A model generated the notes under the pieces. It searched no databases. It worked only from the letters and a program-made list of their open reading frames with translations, and was not told where the DNA came from. From Candidatus Nanosyncoccaceae bacterium (GTDB taxonomy: Bacteria; Patescibacteriota; Saccharimonadia; Saccharimonadales; Saccharimonadaceae): a stretch of DNA of 64,000 nucleotides. A program made the translations under genes and the position numbers. Positions 27,452 through 36,399 of the stretch are shown here, piece by piece; positions within the stretch are counted from its first letter, which is position 1, and each line of letters starts with the position of its first letter. Where the stretch lies: positions 10,900 to 74,899 of the forward strand of contig JAZNRZ010000001.1 of assembly GCA_045590975.1 (NCBI GenBank), given 5' to 3'.

Positions 27452-28816
27452 ATGGAACATAAGACGAAGCCTCCGAAGGCCGGTTTTCAGATAAAAAAGA
27501 AACCCGTCCAGGATGACACGCTTATCAAACTTTACGAAGAAAGCGAGCTTTCAAAAGCTGGCACTAAAACTACTGATGCTCCAAAAGAGAAACCAGTAGA
27601 AAACGACGATCTTAGCCGCAATAACGAAGACATTATTCAAGAGGCAAGCAAGAAAGACAAGAAATGCCTCGAGAAACAGGCACAAAAAGACGCCAAAAAA
27701 CGCGAGAAGTATACCCAGGAAGACCATAAAAAGGCCTTAAAAGCCAAGAAATCTGGCGGCTCCAAAATTAAGACATTCTTCAAAATTTTTATTCCGCTAC
27801 TTATCTTAGCAGGTGTTTTTGCTGTTGCATATTTTATCTTTCTTAGCCCAGAAATTAGCGAGAAATCCAGCGAACAGGGTCAAGCTCAGACCAAAGCAGA
27901 CGAAATCTATTATTCCAAGCTTACTGGCCGAACAGTCAATCAGAGCCAAGTTGGCGCCGCAGCTACTTGCGTCATGATCGAGAATAGCCCAGACGCTCGT
28001 CCGCAGTCTGGCCTAGACGAAGCTGGCGTAGTCTATGAAGTCATCGCCGAAGGTGGCATTACAAGGTTTATGGCCATTTTCCAAGAAGCTAAGCCACAAT
28101 ATATTGGCCCAGTCCGTAGTGTTCGCATGACTTTTGCCCAATTCGCCAAACCATACAACTGTAGTATTGCTCACGTTGGCGGTTCCGCAAACGCCCTCAA
28201 TCTTATTCGCAATAACCCTGAGTTCCGCGATATTGATTATGGCTTTAATGACGATTTTTACTGGCGCGCTAGCCATCGCTACGCTCCACACAACGTCTAC
28301 ACGAGCTTCGATAAACTCGACGCTTTAAATCAAGGTTTGGGCTATACAACTTCAAACTTCAATGGCTTCACTCGTGTTAAACCAGACACAAAGACTCAGT
28401 CGGATAATATTACCGCCAGAACAATCTCTATCACAATGTCTTCAGACATGTTCAACCCTGTCTATACCTACAACGAAGCTACAAATACTTACGATCGTAG
28501 CTATGCGGACGGCGAAACACATGAAGTCGTCTCAGAAAGTGGAGTCATTTCCCGAGTATCACCAGATACGGTTATTGCTATGGAGGTTACTGCAATCGCT
28601 CGCTCAGGCGAAGAACAATACTCAGATTACGTTACAACTGGCAGCGGCAAAGCCTTTATCTTCCAAAACGGCACCGTTGTAGCAGGCACCTGGGAAAGAG
28701 CTGACGAAAACAGCGAGCTAAACTTCCTAGACGAAAACGGCAATACTGTAGCACTAAATCGCGGACAAACCTGGATTACAGCCTATCCAAACAGCAACAC
28801 TATCACTTGGGAATAA
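27452..28816 (+). CDS. DUF3048 (YerB-like) membrane-anchored protein
   Basis: Lys-rich N-terminus + TM helix; CVMIENSPDARPQSGLDEAGVVYEVIAEGGITRFMAIF. Leaderless: TGCTATACT + 6 nt + ATG. Confidence 0.8.
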   Translation: MEHKTKPPKAGFQIKKKPVQDDTLIKLYEESELSKAGTKTTDAPKEKPVENDDLSRNNEDIIQEASKKDKKCLEKQAQKDAKKREKYTQEDHKKALKAKKSGGSKIKTFFKIFIPLLILAGVFAVAYFIFLSPEISEKSSEQGQAQTKADEIYYSKLTGRTVNQSQVGAAATCVMIENSPDARPQSGLDEAGVVYEVIAEGGITRFMAIFQEAKPQYIGPVRSVRMTFAQFAKPYNCSIAHVGGSANALNLIRNNPEFRDIDYGFNDDFYWRASHRYAPHNVYTSFDKLDALNQGLGYTTSNFNGFTRVKPDTKTQSDNITARTISITMSSDMFNPVYTYNEATNTYDRSYADGETHEVVSESGVISRVSPDTVIAMEVTAIARSGEEQYSDYVTTGSGKAFIFQNGTVVAGTWERADENSELNFLDENGNTVALNRGQTWITAYPNSNTITWE

Positions 28817-28830
28817 AGAAAGGACTCCTC

Positions 28831-29970
28831 ATGTATAATACCGACAACCAAATTCAGAGCTTCGAAACCTTACCAGGCGAGAGCAAAGCAAACGTTTCAC
28901 CAGAGAAAGCCCAAGAACTAGCCGAAAATGCCGCAGCATGGGAAAGCGCCATGGCGGATTACAACGCGGCTTCTGAAAGTGCACAAGAAGCCATCGAAAC
29001 TGGCGACGACGCCATGCTAGCCGAAGCCCAGCAGGCTCAACAACAAGCCCAAGAAGCCGTCGAAGCAGCCAATGCCGAGCAAGCAGCAGACATTAAGGAT
29101 ATCCAGTCGGTCAGCCCAGACAACAACATGACCCCAAGACTAAATAATCCAAGCAACCCCGTCGCGCATGCTTTTGACGAAGCTTGGAGAAACGGTAAGG
29201 GCGGGGTAGCCCTAGAAGATGCCTATGATGGTATCCGTGCCCAAAACTCCGCCGAGAGTTTGCAGGTTGCCGCAGAACAAATCGAGCCAGAAGTCGCCGT
29301 AATCACTCGCGAAAATAGCAATACTGGCAATGCAACTATCGAAGCAAACGAAGATGGTGTTACAGAAGAAGCTGCCGAGCAGCAGAATCTAGAAGAAATC
29401 GCCGAAGCCGCTACAGCTGTCGCAATTGGTGCTAAAGCCGAAACAGAACAAGCCGTTCAAGACTTGAATCACAATAACACCGAAAGCGCCACATCTGCAG
29501 AAGCAAGCCTCGCCGAAGCTCAGGCTCAGCTAAGCCAGCTTCAATCCGAAGCCCATATGAGCCAGAACGAACAACCAGGCGAAATTCAAGCTCAGAGAAC
29601 TAGCGAAAACATCATCTCTGAAGCTATAGATATGGTAGACAATGCCGCTAGCGACCTAGAACAGACCACAGATCGCCAAGAAGAAAGGCAAGAAGAGGCC
29701 GAAGAAAAGAAAGAAGAAATCCGCCGCTTCGAAGAAGAGCAGGCAGAAATCGCCGCCGCCGAACAGCAGCAAGTAGAAAACCTACAAGAAGCAGAAAATA
29801 GCCTTCCTGCAAACAATCAGCTCAGTCCAGAAGAAGCTAGCGATTACACCAAAGGAGATATCTTCAATACTCATACCGACGATACTGAAAACAATCCAGA
29901 ATATATCGACGATAACAACGCCGAGCAAGAAGACGAATACGAAACTCCACGTCAAAGCATCTTTGGTTAA
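28831..29970 (+). CDS. acidic Ala/Glu/Gln-rich low-complexity protein
   Basis: ATG 28831 follows AAAGGA. Long EAQ-rich coiled-coil-like sequence. Confidence 0.65.
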   Translation: MYNTDNQIQSFETLPGESKANVSPEKAQELAENAAAWESAMADYNAASESAQEAIETGDDAMLAEAQQAQQQAQEAVEAANAEQAADIKDIQSVSPDNNMTPRLNNPSNPVAHAFDEAWRNGKGGVALEDAYDGIRAQNSAESLQVAAEQIEPEVAVITRENSNTGNATIEANEDGVTEEAAEQQNLEEIAEAATAVAIGAKAETEQAVQDLNHNNTESATSAEASLAEAQAQLSQLQSEAHMSQNEQPGEIQAQRTSENIISEAIDMVDNAASDLEQTTDRQEERQEEAEEKKEEIRRFEEEQAEIAAAEQQQVENLQEAENSLPANNQLSPEEASDYTKGDIFNTHTDDTENNPEYIDDNNAEQEDEYETPRQSIFG

Positions 29971-29976
29971 ACAACA

Positions 29977-30009
29977 AAGAATCCGCCAACTCGGCGGGTT
30001 CTTTTTTTG
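29977..30009 (+). terminator. intrinsic terminator
   Basis: GAATCCGCC / GGCGGGTTC + T7. Confidence 0.85.
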
Positions 30010-30073
30010 GTCAAGAGCCTAAAAGCCAATGAATAGCAGAGTAAAAATATACCCCCCAATCTGGGGGTTATTT

Positions 30074-30832
30074 TTACTCTTCAATCATATCCATGACGTA
30101 TTGAACAGTAATATCTAATTGTTTGTCGACCGAAATACTCGCTTTTCCGTCGCCTTTTTGCTCGCCATAGCTACCAAACTGCGCATGATTTCCGCCAGAA
30201 ATTTCATAAACTATTGCGCTAGATGGCAAATATTTTGCGCTCTCGCTTATTTTCTCGCGATTAATCACGCCGTCATTTGAGCCATAAATCTCTAACACTT
30301 TCATATCATCCGGCAGTTTAGCAGTCGGGTAGGCTGCCAACATGACCAAGCCCTCTATTCCTTCTGGATGCTCGGCCGCATATTTTGCCGCCATTGCACC
30401 ACCCATAGAATGGCCACCAATATACAAATGTTCGTATGGCCGATAGCCTTCACCTAGACGACTTACGACATCTTTAAAAGCATCTTGATTCAATATCGCA
30501 AAATTAAATGGCATCTTTACAACCACACAGCTAAGACCAGCTTTAGCCAAGCGCGACATTAGCGGAGCATAAGCCCTATATTCAACTCGAGCACCAGGGT
30601 AGAATACAAGCAAATCATCAGTCCGATCAAGGTTAGTAAACCAAATCTCATTATCGTATTGTTCGACACTAACAATATCCGTGCTTTTTAGACTATCTAA
30701 AGCAACATTGTCCGCACGATAATAACTCGCAAGATAAATCCCAATCACCAACACAACGAAAGCAAATACCCCACAGATACTAGCGATTATTATCTTCTTC
30801 TTATTGCTTTTAGCTTGTTTCTTCCTAGTCAT
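30074..30832 (-). CDS. membrane-anchored alpha/beta hydrolase
   Basis: N-terminal TM helix; nucleophile elbow GGHSMGG. Confidence 0.85.
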   Translation of the reverse strand: MTRKKQAKSNKKKIIIASICGVFAFVVLVIGIYLASYYRADNVALDSLKSTDIVSVEQYDNEIWFTNLDRTDDLLVFYPGARVEYRAYAPLMSRLAKAGLSCVVVKMPFNFAILNQDAFKDVVSRLGEGYRPYEHLYIGGHSMGGAMAAKYAAEHPEGIEGLVMLAAYPTAKLPDDMKVLEIYGSNDGVINREKISESAKYLPSSAIVYEISGGNHAQFGSYGEQKGDGKASISVDKQLDITVQYVMDMIEE

Positions 30833-31071
30833 ACTACTTATGATTATAACTTTTTTACGACATAATTCTTACCAAAAAGCAAAAAACATCATGCTTCCGC
30901 TTGTAACAATTTTAGATATGCAATATGCTACATGCACGGGAGTTATTGGTAAGCTTCCGGGGTGTCGAAAAATATGAAAGAATGGAACTCTGCTCGCAGG
31001 GGCTTCAAACGAGTAATATTAAGTAAACGGCGATTCTAGGTAGCTAGGAGGCTCCTGAGAATAGGCAAAGC

Positions 31072-31155
31072 ATGGCTCTGAGGTTAACAATCTTAGGTAT
31101 GAGTGTGGAGTTGAAGGTAAGGTTCCGAAAACCTAAAAGAAAAGCTCGCCGATAA
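31072..31155 (+). CDS. conserved 27-aa ORF, copy B (MALRLTILGMSVELKVRFRKPKRKARR)
   Basis: TTGTAA-17-TATGCT promoter (30901-30929) and ~135-nt leader sharing blocks with copy A. Same length, conservative and synonymous differences. Confidence 0.55.
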   Translation: MALRLTILGMSVELKVRFRKPKRKARR

Positions 31156-31208
31156 GGTGAGCTAATCCAAAATTACCTTTATAGCGGGGTTCCTAGAGCT
31201 CCGCTCTT
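31134..31208 (-). ncRNA. candidate antisense sRNA, copy B (antitoxin-like)
   Basis: TTGTAC-17-TGCTAAAAT on the minus strand (-10 at 31215-31220, TG to 31223). 5' hairpin with loop CUCUAGGAA. Terminator AGCUCACC-UUAUC-GGCGAGCU + U-run. Overlaps the ORF 3' end. Confidence 0.55.
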
Positions 31209-31281
31209 GTTATTATTTTAGCATCTTCACGAGCATTGTACAAAATTGCCACCATCACTCGCAAACCCTTATACTATAACT

Positions 31282-31701
31282 ATGTTAAACATCTACCTCG
31301 ACATCGATGGCGTCCTACGCGGCTGCGCTTCGCCAAAAGAAGATATTGAATCCTTCTTGCGCTACTGTCTAGACAACTTTTCAGTTTACTGGCTTACATC
31401 GCACTGCAAAGGCGGAGTAAATTACGCGCCTCGCGCACTCGAGGGAATCCTTTCCGACAATTTAGTAAAAGAACTTGCCGAAAAAGTCCAGTCAACAGGT
31501 TGGAGTACCCTAAAGACTGAGGCTATAGATTTCGATGAGCCTTTCGTCTGGTTCGACGATTACGAAGTATCTTATGAAACCGAAAGACTCAAAGAGCATA
31601 ATCTCGAAGATAGTTTCTACTTAGTAGACAGAAACGATCCGAACGCAGCTAGAGAAATGCTTCAATACCTCAAAGGGAGAAATCATGAATCTAAGCAATG
31701 A
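31282..31701 (+). CDS. HAD-like fold protein
   Basis: MLNIYLDIDGVLRG (DxDGV motif I). TATACT + 6 nt + ATG 31282. Confidence 0.6.
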   Translation: MLNIYLDIDGVLRGCASPKEDIESFLRYCLDNFSVYWLTSHCKGGVNYAPRALEGILSDNLVKELAEKVQSTGWSTLKTEAIDFDEPFVWFDDYEVSYETERLKEHNLEDSFYLVDRNDPNAAREMLQYLKGRNHESKQ

Positions 31702-32359
31702 ACTAGAAAAACTCACAGATACCACTTATCTAAAGACCAACAAAACAACCATCCCTACAAATTGGCCAATGCTCGGCGTGCGCATTCCAGAGATTAAGAA
31801 ACTAGTTCAGAAAATCCCAAAAGAAGAAATCCCAAACTATCTAGAAACGAAGTCAGAGAATCATGAAGAAATACTGGCTCGCGGCTTTTTAATCGCACGT
31901 TTACCATACGAAGAAATGCTCAAATATTTCGATTCGCAAATCGCTCTCTTCGATAACTGGTGCACGGTAGATACTTTTTGTGCCGCTTTGCGCAAAAGTG
32001 TCAAGAAAAATGAAGCAGATTTTCTAGAGCGCAAAGTAAAACCACTCCTAAAATCACAGAAAGAATTCGAAACCCGAACTGGCTTAGTCTGCCTACTAGA
32101 TCTTTTTATGAGCGAAGAATATTTATCAACCATCTTCGAGAGCATCGAATCACTAAAAGATCGCAACGAATACTATGTCAAAATGGCAATAGCTTGGCTC
32201 CTAGCAGAATGCTATATAAAATTCCGATCCAAAACAGAAGTTTTTATGCATAAGACGAAACTCAATGACTGGACCTACAAAAAGACAATATCTAAAATCT
32301 GCGACTCTTACCGCGTAGATGAAATAGATAAACGGATCCTAAAAGAATCAATTAGATAG
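31685..32359 (+). CDS. DNA alkylation repair (AlkC/AlkD-like HEAT-repeat) protein
   Basis: Helical-repeat protein with EYYVKMAIAWLLAECY, typical of this family. Overlaps the upstream gene. Confidence 0.6.
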   Translation: MNLSNELEKLTDTTYLKTNKTTIPTNWPMLGVRIPEIKKLVQKIPKEEIPNYLETKSENHEEILARGFLIARLPYEEMLKYFDSQIALFDNWCTVDTFCAALRKSVKKNEADFLERKVKPLLKSQKEFETRTGLVCLLDLFMSEEYLSTIFESIESLKDRNEYYVKMAIAWLLAECYIKFRSKTEVFMHKTKLNDWTYKKTISKICDSYRVDEIDKRILKESIR

Positions 32360-32363
32360 CAAT

Positions 32364-32393
32364 CCCGAAGGGAGATAAACAAAACGCCGTCGC
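32364..32393. repeat. tRNA-Glu 3'-end-derived att-like repeat, copy 1
   Basis: ATCCCGAAGGGAGATAAACAAAACGCCGTCG. The first 13 nt are identical to the tRNA 3' end. Confidence 0.7.
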
Positions 32394-32555
32394 CTCACTT
32401 CGTTCGACCAGGTTTTAGACGAACCCACAAGGCTCTTCGTTCATAGCTTTTTTGAAGAATAAAATTGTCTAGATAGGTATTTTCTTCTTGCGAAGCGCTG
32501 TTATCGACAGAGCGAGCAAGAAAAAATGCCTAGATAGGCAATTTTAACTTCAAAA

Positions 32556-32592
32556 TGGTGATCCCGAAGGGAGATAAACAATGCGCCGTCGT
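32556..32592. repeat. tRNA-Glu 3'-end-derived att-like repeat, copy 2
   Basis: TGGTGATCCCGAAGGGAGATAAACAATGCGCCGTCG. The first 18 nt are identical to tRNA positions 32694-32711. Confidence 0.75.
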
Positions 32593-32651
32593 TTGCAAGC
32601 AAACCGGGCATTGAACGAACCCTGGCTCGCCTCCCTTCGAAGAATAAGCAC

Positions 32652-32692
32652 AAAGGAATAAAAAATAGCCCGATGGGCATTTTTATTCCTTT
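32652..32692. terminator. long perfect hairpin/terminator next to the tRNA
   Basis: AAAGGAATAAAAA-TAGCCCGATGGGCA-TTTTTATTCCTTT. Confidence 0.7.
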
Positions 32693-32693
32693 G

Positions 32694-32770
32694 TGGTGAT
32701 CCCGAAGGGAGTCGAACCCTTGATTTTCTGGATGAGAACCAGACGTCCTGGACCACTAGACGACGGGACC
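32694..32770 (-). tRNA. tRNA-Glu (anticodon CUC), CCA encoded
   Basis: Reverse complement: GGTCCCGTCGTCTAGTGGTCCAGGACGTCTGGTTCTCATCCAGAAAATCAAGGGTTCGACTCCCTTCGGGATCACCA. Acceptor GGUCCCG/CGGGAUC, anticodon loop UUCUCAU, T-loop UUCGACU. Confidence 0.9.
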
Positions 32771-32816
32771 ACTTGGATACATAATAACAGATTTTATCTT
32801 ATCTGTAAAATCCAAA

Positions 32817-33269
32817 ATGCAAAAGTTGTGCTATCCTAGAACAGTGAAATATATCAAAAAATACTGGCAAATCATTTTCCCAATCCTAGTCATGATTCTT
32901 ATCTGGAATTTTTCCGCGCAAAACGGAGAAGATTCGGACAGTATTTCGCTAGGCTTCGCTGCTAAGCTAGGGCTCCCAAATGGCGTCGTTAGAAAAATCG
33001 CCCACTTTACAATTTATACAGTACTTGGCGTTGCGCTTATCAACTTCTTTAGAAGTATCAAGCATCGCAAAATCATCGGCTTCAAATACACCATAATCTC
33101 GCTCGCAATAGCCGCCACCTACTCCTGCATCGACGAGTTCCATCAGAGCTTCATCCCAGAACGCGACGGTAATCCCCTAGATATAGTCATAGATAGCCTT
33201 GGTGCCTGCGCAGGCATCGCCATCTATATCGCAATCTATTCATTCATTAAATCCAAGCACAAAAAATAA
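32817..33269 (+). CDS. VanZ-like family membrane protein
   Basis: RKIAHFTIYTVLG...DEFHQSFIPERDGNPLDIVIDSLGACAG. A leaderless GTG start at 32844 (TGCTATCCT + 6 nt) is an alternative. Confidence 0.8.
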   Translation: MQKLCYPRTVKYIKKYWQIIFPILVMILIWNFSAQNGEDSDSISLGFAAKLGLPNGVVRKIAHFTIYTVLGVALINFFRSIKHRKIIGFKYTIISLAIAATYSCIDEFHQSFIPERDGNPLDIVIDSLGACAGIAIYIAIYSFIKSKHKK

Positions 33270-33294
33270 CCCCCGTTACGGGGTTATTTTTTAT
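33262..33294. terminator. bidirectional terminator
   Basis: AATAACCCC / GGGGTTATT. Confidence 0.8.
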
Positions 33295-34215
33295 TTAACG
33301 ACGACTTTTCTTGTTGACCATATAAGCCATGCTGGTAGCACTAAGTACCAAGCAAGAGCCAAACACAATGAATGTTTCTACAGGCAAATCTGCCGTATCT
33401 GGGTTGTCTTCGACCGTAAAGTCTACCTCAATAGAGGCAGCGCCAGCATACTCGTCTTCGAAGGAAATCTTCAAGGTATGCTTACCGGTCGACAAACCAT
33501 CCAAATAGCTAGGTTTTAGCGTCAGAATAATGCTACCGTTTTCTGCATCATAATCACCTTCGCCAAGCTCGTTGCCATCAACGGTCAAGATATCCAAATT
33601 TCGCACTTCGCCAGTAGTATGGAACTCTAGACCGCTCTCGCTACCTTTGATATAAGTCTGATCCTCGCCACTAATAAGAGCAAAGCCAGTGCCAGTATAA
33701 ATCTTGCCAATATTATAGATATACTGATTAACTACTAAATTTTCTATCGAGGCACTCATGTTATTTGGGTCGCCAACCAAAACGACACTATCCAACAGAT
33801 TACCCCATATACAGGATACTTCAGAAGTCTCAGTATTCGTCGTGCAAGTCACTAAACCCGTAAGATTCTCGTAGACTGCCACTTCGTCCTGAAGATAGTC
33901 ATCATACATAACAATCTTATCGTCTTCTTTATATACGCAGAAAAATGGCTCGTCTTCTCCACTATCATCTATCTGAACGAATTTACCATTTTTAACCGTA
34001 AAGCATTCTTCACCATACCCAGAAGCATCAATCATTTTAGAGAACATTTCCGCCAAGTTTTCGTCCTCAATGACAACATCCTGACCATTCGTAAGATCAA
34101 TATGATCAACGGTTATGTCCTTATTATCTGCAAAAGCTTCAGCTCCAATAAACGGAGAAGCCACAAGAGCTAACGCCGCAACTCCGCTCAAAAGAAAAAC
34201 ACCCACTTTTCTCAC
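33295..34215 (-). CDS. secreted surface protein with NPDTA sorting-signal-like C-terminus
   Basis: GGAGGT lies 8 nt before the GTG start. Signal peptide present. C-terminus is NPDTA, then a hydrophobic helix, then KKSRR. Confidence 0.8.
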   Translation of the reverse strand: MRKVGVFLLSGVAALALVASPFIGAEAFADNKDITVDHIDLTNGQDVVIEDENLAEMFSKMIDASGYGEECFTVKNGKFVQIDDSGEDEPFFCVYKEDDKIVMYDDYLQDEVAVYENLTGLVTCTTNTETSEVSCIWGNLLDSVVLVGDPNNMSASIENLVVNQYIYNIGKIYTGTGFALISGEDQTYIKGSESGLEFHTTGEVRNLDILTVDGNELGEGDYDAENGSIILTLKPSYLDGLSTGKHTLKISFEDEYAGAASIEVDFTVEDNPDTADLPVETFIVFGSCLVLSATSMAYMVNKKSRR

Positions 34216-34411
34216 TTATATATACCTCCAAATTTATATACATCAATTATAGCATTAGCAGAATCATTGGCGCAAACACAAAAATAGCCCTCTCTCAAAG
34301 GGGCTATTTTATTTTCAAAAAAGTTAGGTCAAATGTTTGGTTCCAAACAGGAACATTTTCATTATAACACACTTTACAGTATTTGTCAATTTTGGTATAA
34401 TCTAAACAGTT

Positions 34412-35713
34412 ATGAAATTACCAGTTGTTGCCATTATCGGCCAAACCAACGCTGGCAAGTCCAGCCTTTTTAACCGCCTTGTTCGCCACTCGCAGGCCAT
34501 CGTCGCTCGCGAAGCTGGTACCACCAGGGATAACGTCATGGGCCGCGTCGATGACCGTTATATTTTGATCGACACAGCTGGTCTTAAAGATCCTGACGAC
34601 GAATTCGAAAGCCATATTCAGGAACAAATCGAAGACGCCGTCGACAGTGCGGACCTTATTCTTATTGCGCTAGATAGCACCAAATATCCAAACCAGGACG
34701 ATAAGCTCATCGCCAAGAAAGCCCTCAAGAGCGGCAAGCCAACCTTGCTACTCCTTAACAAAGCCGACCTCGGCGAAGCTTTGTCAGTCGACGAATTCTA
34801 TAGCCTCGGCATCAAGGATCTCATCCGTACTTCCGCAACCACCGGTCTACACATTAACGACCTTCGCGACCGCATCCTATTTGAACTAGAAAAAATCGGC
34901 TTCAAAACTTCTCAGAAGGTCAAAGAAGAAGACAGTCTCAAACTCGCCCTTATTGGCCGTCCAAACGTCGGCAAGAGCTCTCTATTTAACAACCTAGCCA
35001 AGAAACAGCAAGCCATTGTCGCTAACCTTTCTGGCACCACCCGTGACGTCAACCGCACCACAATCCGCTACAAAGGCAAAGCAATCGAGCTTCTAGACAC
35101 CGCAGGTCTTCGCCGCTCTGGCAAGAGGGAAGTAGGCATCGAAAAATTCTCCGCACTCCGCACTTTGTCCGCAATCGAAGAATCTGACGTCTGCTGCCTC
35201 CTTATCGATAGCACCGAGCCACATTGCAAGCTCGATCAGACCCTAGCTGGCGAAATCATCAAGGCAGGCAAAGGTATCATCCTAGTCGTCACAAAGACCG
35301 ACCTCGAAGGCAAGACTTCCGACGAAATCCTTGATCAAATCACCTACGATTTCAACTTTATCCCATTCGCTCCAGTTATCATGACTAGCTCTCTAACTGG
35401 CAAGAACACCACTAAGATCTTCGAGCTCGCAAACAATATCAACGAAGCTCGCCATGCCGAACTAAAGACTGCTGACCTTAACAAGCTTCTGCAAGACGCT
35501 ATAAACGCCCATCCACCGGCCGGCCTCAAGAATACCCATCCAAAGCTACGCTACATGGTCCAGACCGACACTTGCCCACCTTGGTTCGTAGTTTACGGTA
35601 GCAACCTCAGCCTTCTTCACTGGAGCTACAAGCGTTATCTAGAACGCCGCCTTCGCGAAGCCTACGACTTTGGCGGCACGCCAATCTTCTTTAGCTTCCG
35701 CAACCGCGACTAA
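34412..35713 (+). CDS. der: ribosome-associated GTPase Der/EngA
   Basis: Two G-domains (GQTNAGKSSLFN, GRPNVGKSSLFN) + KH-like C-terminus. Confidence 0.95.
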   Translation: MKLPVVAIIGQTNAGKSSLFNRLVRHSQAIVAREAGTTRDNVMGRVDDRYILIDTAGLKDPDDEFESHIQEQIEDAVDSADLILIALDSTKYPNQDDKLIAKKALKSGKPTLLLLNKADLGEALSVDEFYSLGIKDLIRTSATTGLHINDLRDRILFELEKIGFKTSQKVKEEDSLKLALIGRPNVGKSSLFNNLAKKQQAIVANLSGTTRDVNRTTIRYKGKAIELLDTAGLRRSGKREVGIEKFSALRTLSAIEESDVCCLLIDSTEPHCKLDQTLAGEIIKAGKGIILVVTKTDLEGKTSDEILDQITYDFNFIPFAPVIMTSSLTGKNTTKIFELANNINEARHAELKTADLNKLLQDAINAHPPAGLKNTHPKLRYMVQTDTCPPWFVVYGSNLSLLHWSYKRYLERRLREAYDFGGTPIFFSFRNRD

Positions 35714-35717
35714 ACTA

Positions 35718-35750
35718 AAAGACCCCCCACAGAGCAGGGGTTCTTTTTTT
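35718..35750 (+). terminator. intrinsic terminator
   Basis: GACCCC...GGGGTTC + T7. Confidence 0.7.
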
Positions 35751-35757
35751 GTGCAAT

Positions 35758-35786
35758 TTGACAACACGCCAAAAAGATGGTATTCT
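35758..35786 (+). promoter_or_regulatory. promoter TTGACA-17-TGgTATTCT
   Basis: TTGACAACACGCCAAAAAGATGGTATTCT. Confidence 0.65.
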
Positions 35787-35878
35787 AAAAAAGCTTTCGC
35801 ATAGAAAGCATCGCACATTTACGAGTGTTTCTACCCCTAATTTCAGTCCATCTCATAGAACAAGGAGGAAACAAAGAC

Positions 35879-36226
35879 ATGAAAGAAAAGAGAATCGAAA
35901 AGTGGACAATCATGATCCCGTACAGCAGCGATCCGGAGACGACAGAAGGATATAAAGACGTCTTCATCTGCAACCTCGGCGGCATGGTTACAACCCCAAA
36001 GTTCCACATGCACATCGTTGCTTACTGCGACGAATGGAAAACCCTCATCGAGACCACCAAAATCGTAAAGTTCCGCTGCAGTAGCACTCACGCATACTTT
36101 ACTACCTATTCGGGCAGCCTTTACGTTGGTAGACTCGACGATTTCAAAGGATTCCGTCGCCGCACTCCCGACAACGAACTCGAAGACATCGCACCGCCCG
36201 ATTGGTGGCCAAAGAGCACTCGATAA
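35879..36226 (+). CDS. hypothetical protein (115 aa)
   Basis: AAGGAGG lies 9 nt before ATG 35879. Has its own promoter and terminator. Confidence 0.7.
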   Translation: MKEKRIEKWTIMIPYSSDPETTEGYKDVFICNLGGMVTTPKFHMHIVAYCDEWKTLIETTKIVKFRCSSTHAYFTTYSGSLYVGRLDDFKGFRRRTPDNELEDIAPPDWWPKSTR

Positions 36227-36234
36227 TTATTATT

Positions 36235-36264
36235 TTGCCCTGAGCTTCGCGCTCGGGGCTTTTT
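36235..36264 (+). terminator. intrinsic terminator
   Basis: GCCCTGAGC / GCTCGGGGC + T-run. Confidence 0.75.
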
Positions 36265-36399
36265 ATACTTAAGCTTTCTAATCTCTATAAATTATGTTAT
36301 AGTAACCCCACGAATAACTCCTCTGGTAGAAGCTATTCTAGTACATTACAAATCCATGGAACACAGAAGTTCCAGTGTCAACCAAAAGGAGGTTTTGAC

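Noticed and set aside
32550-32756. 68-aa minus-strand ORF.
   Set aside because: It runs through the tRNA-Glu gene, its terminator hairpin and the att-like repeat.
31246-32770. Intact prophage or integrative element at tRNA-Glu.
   Set aside because: There are no integrase, excisionase, capsid or replication genes. Only short att-like repeats and two ordinary-looking genes remain.
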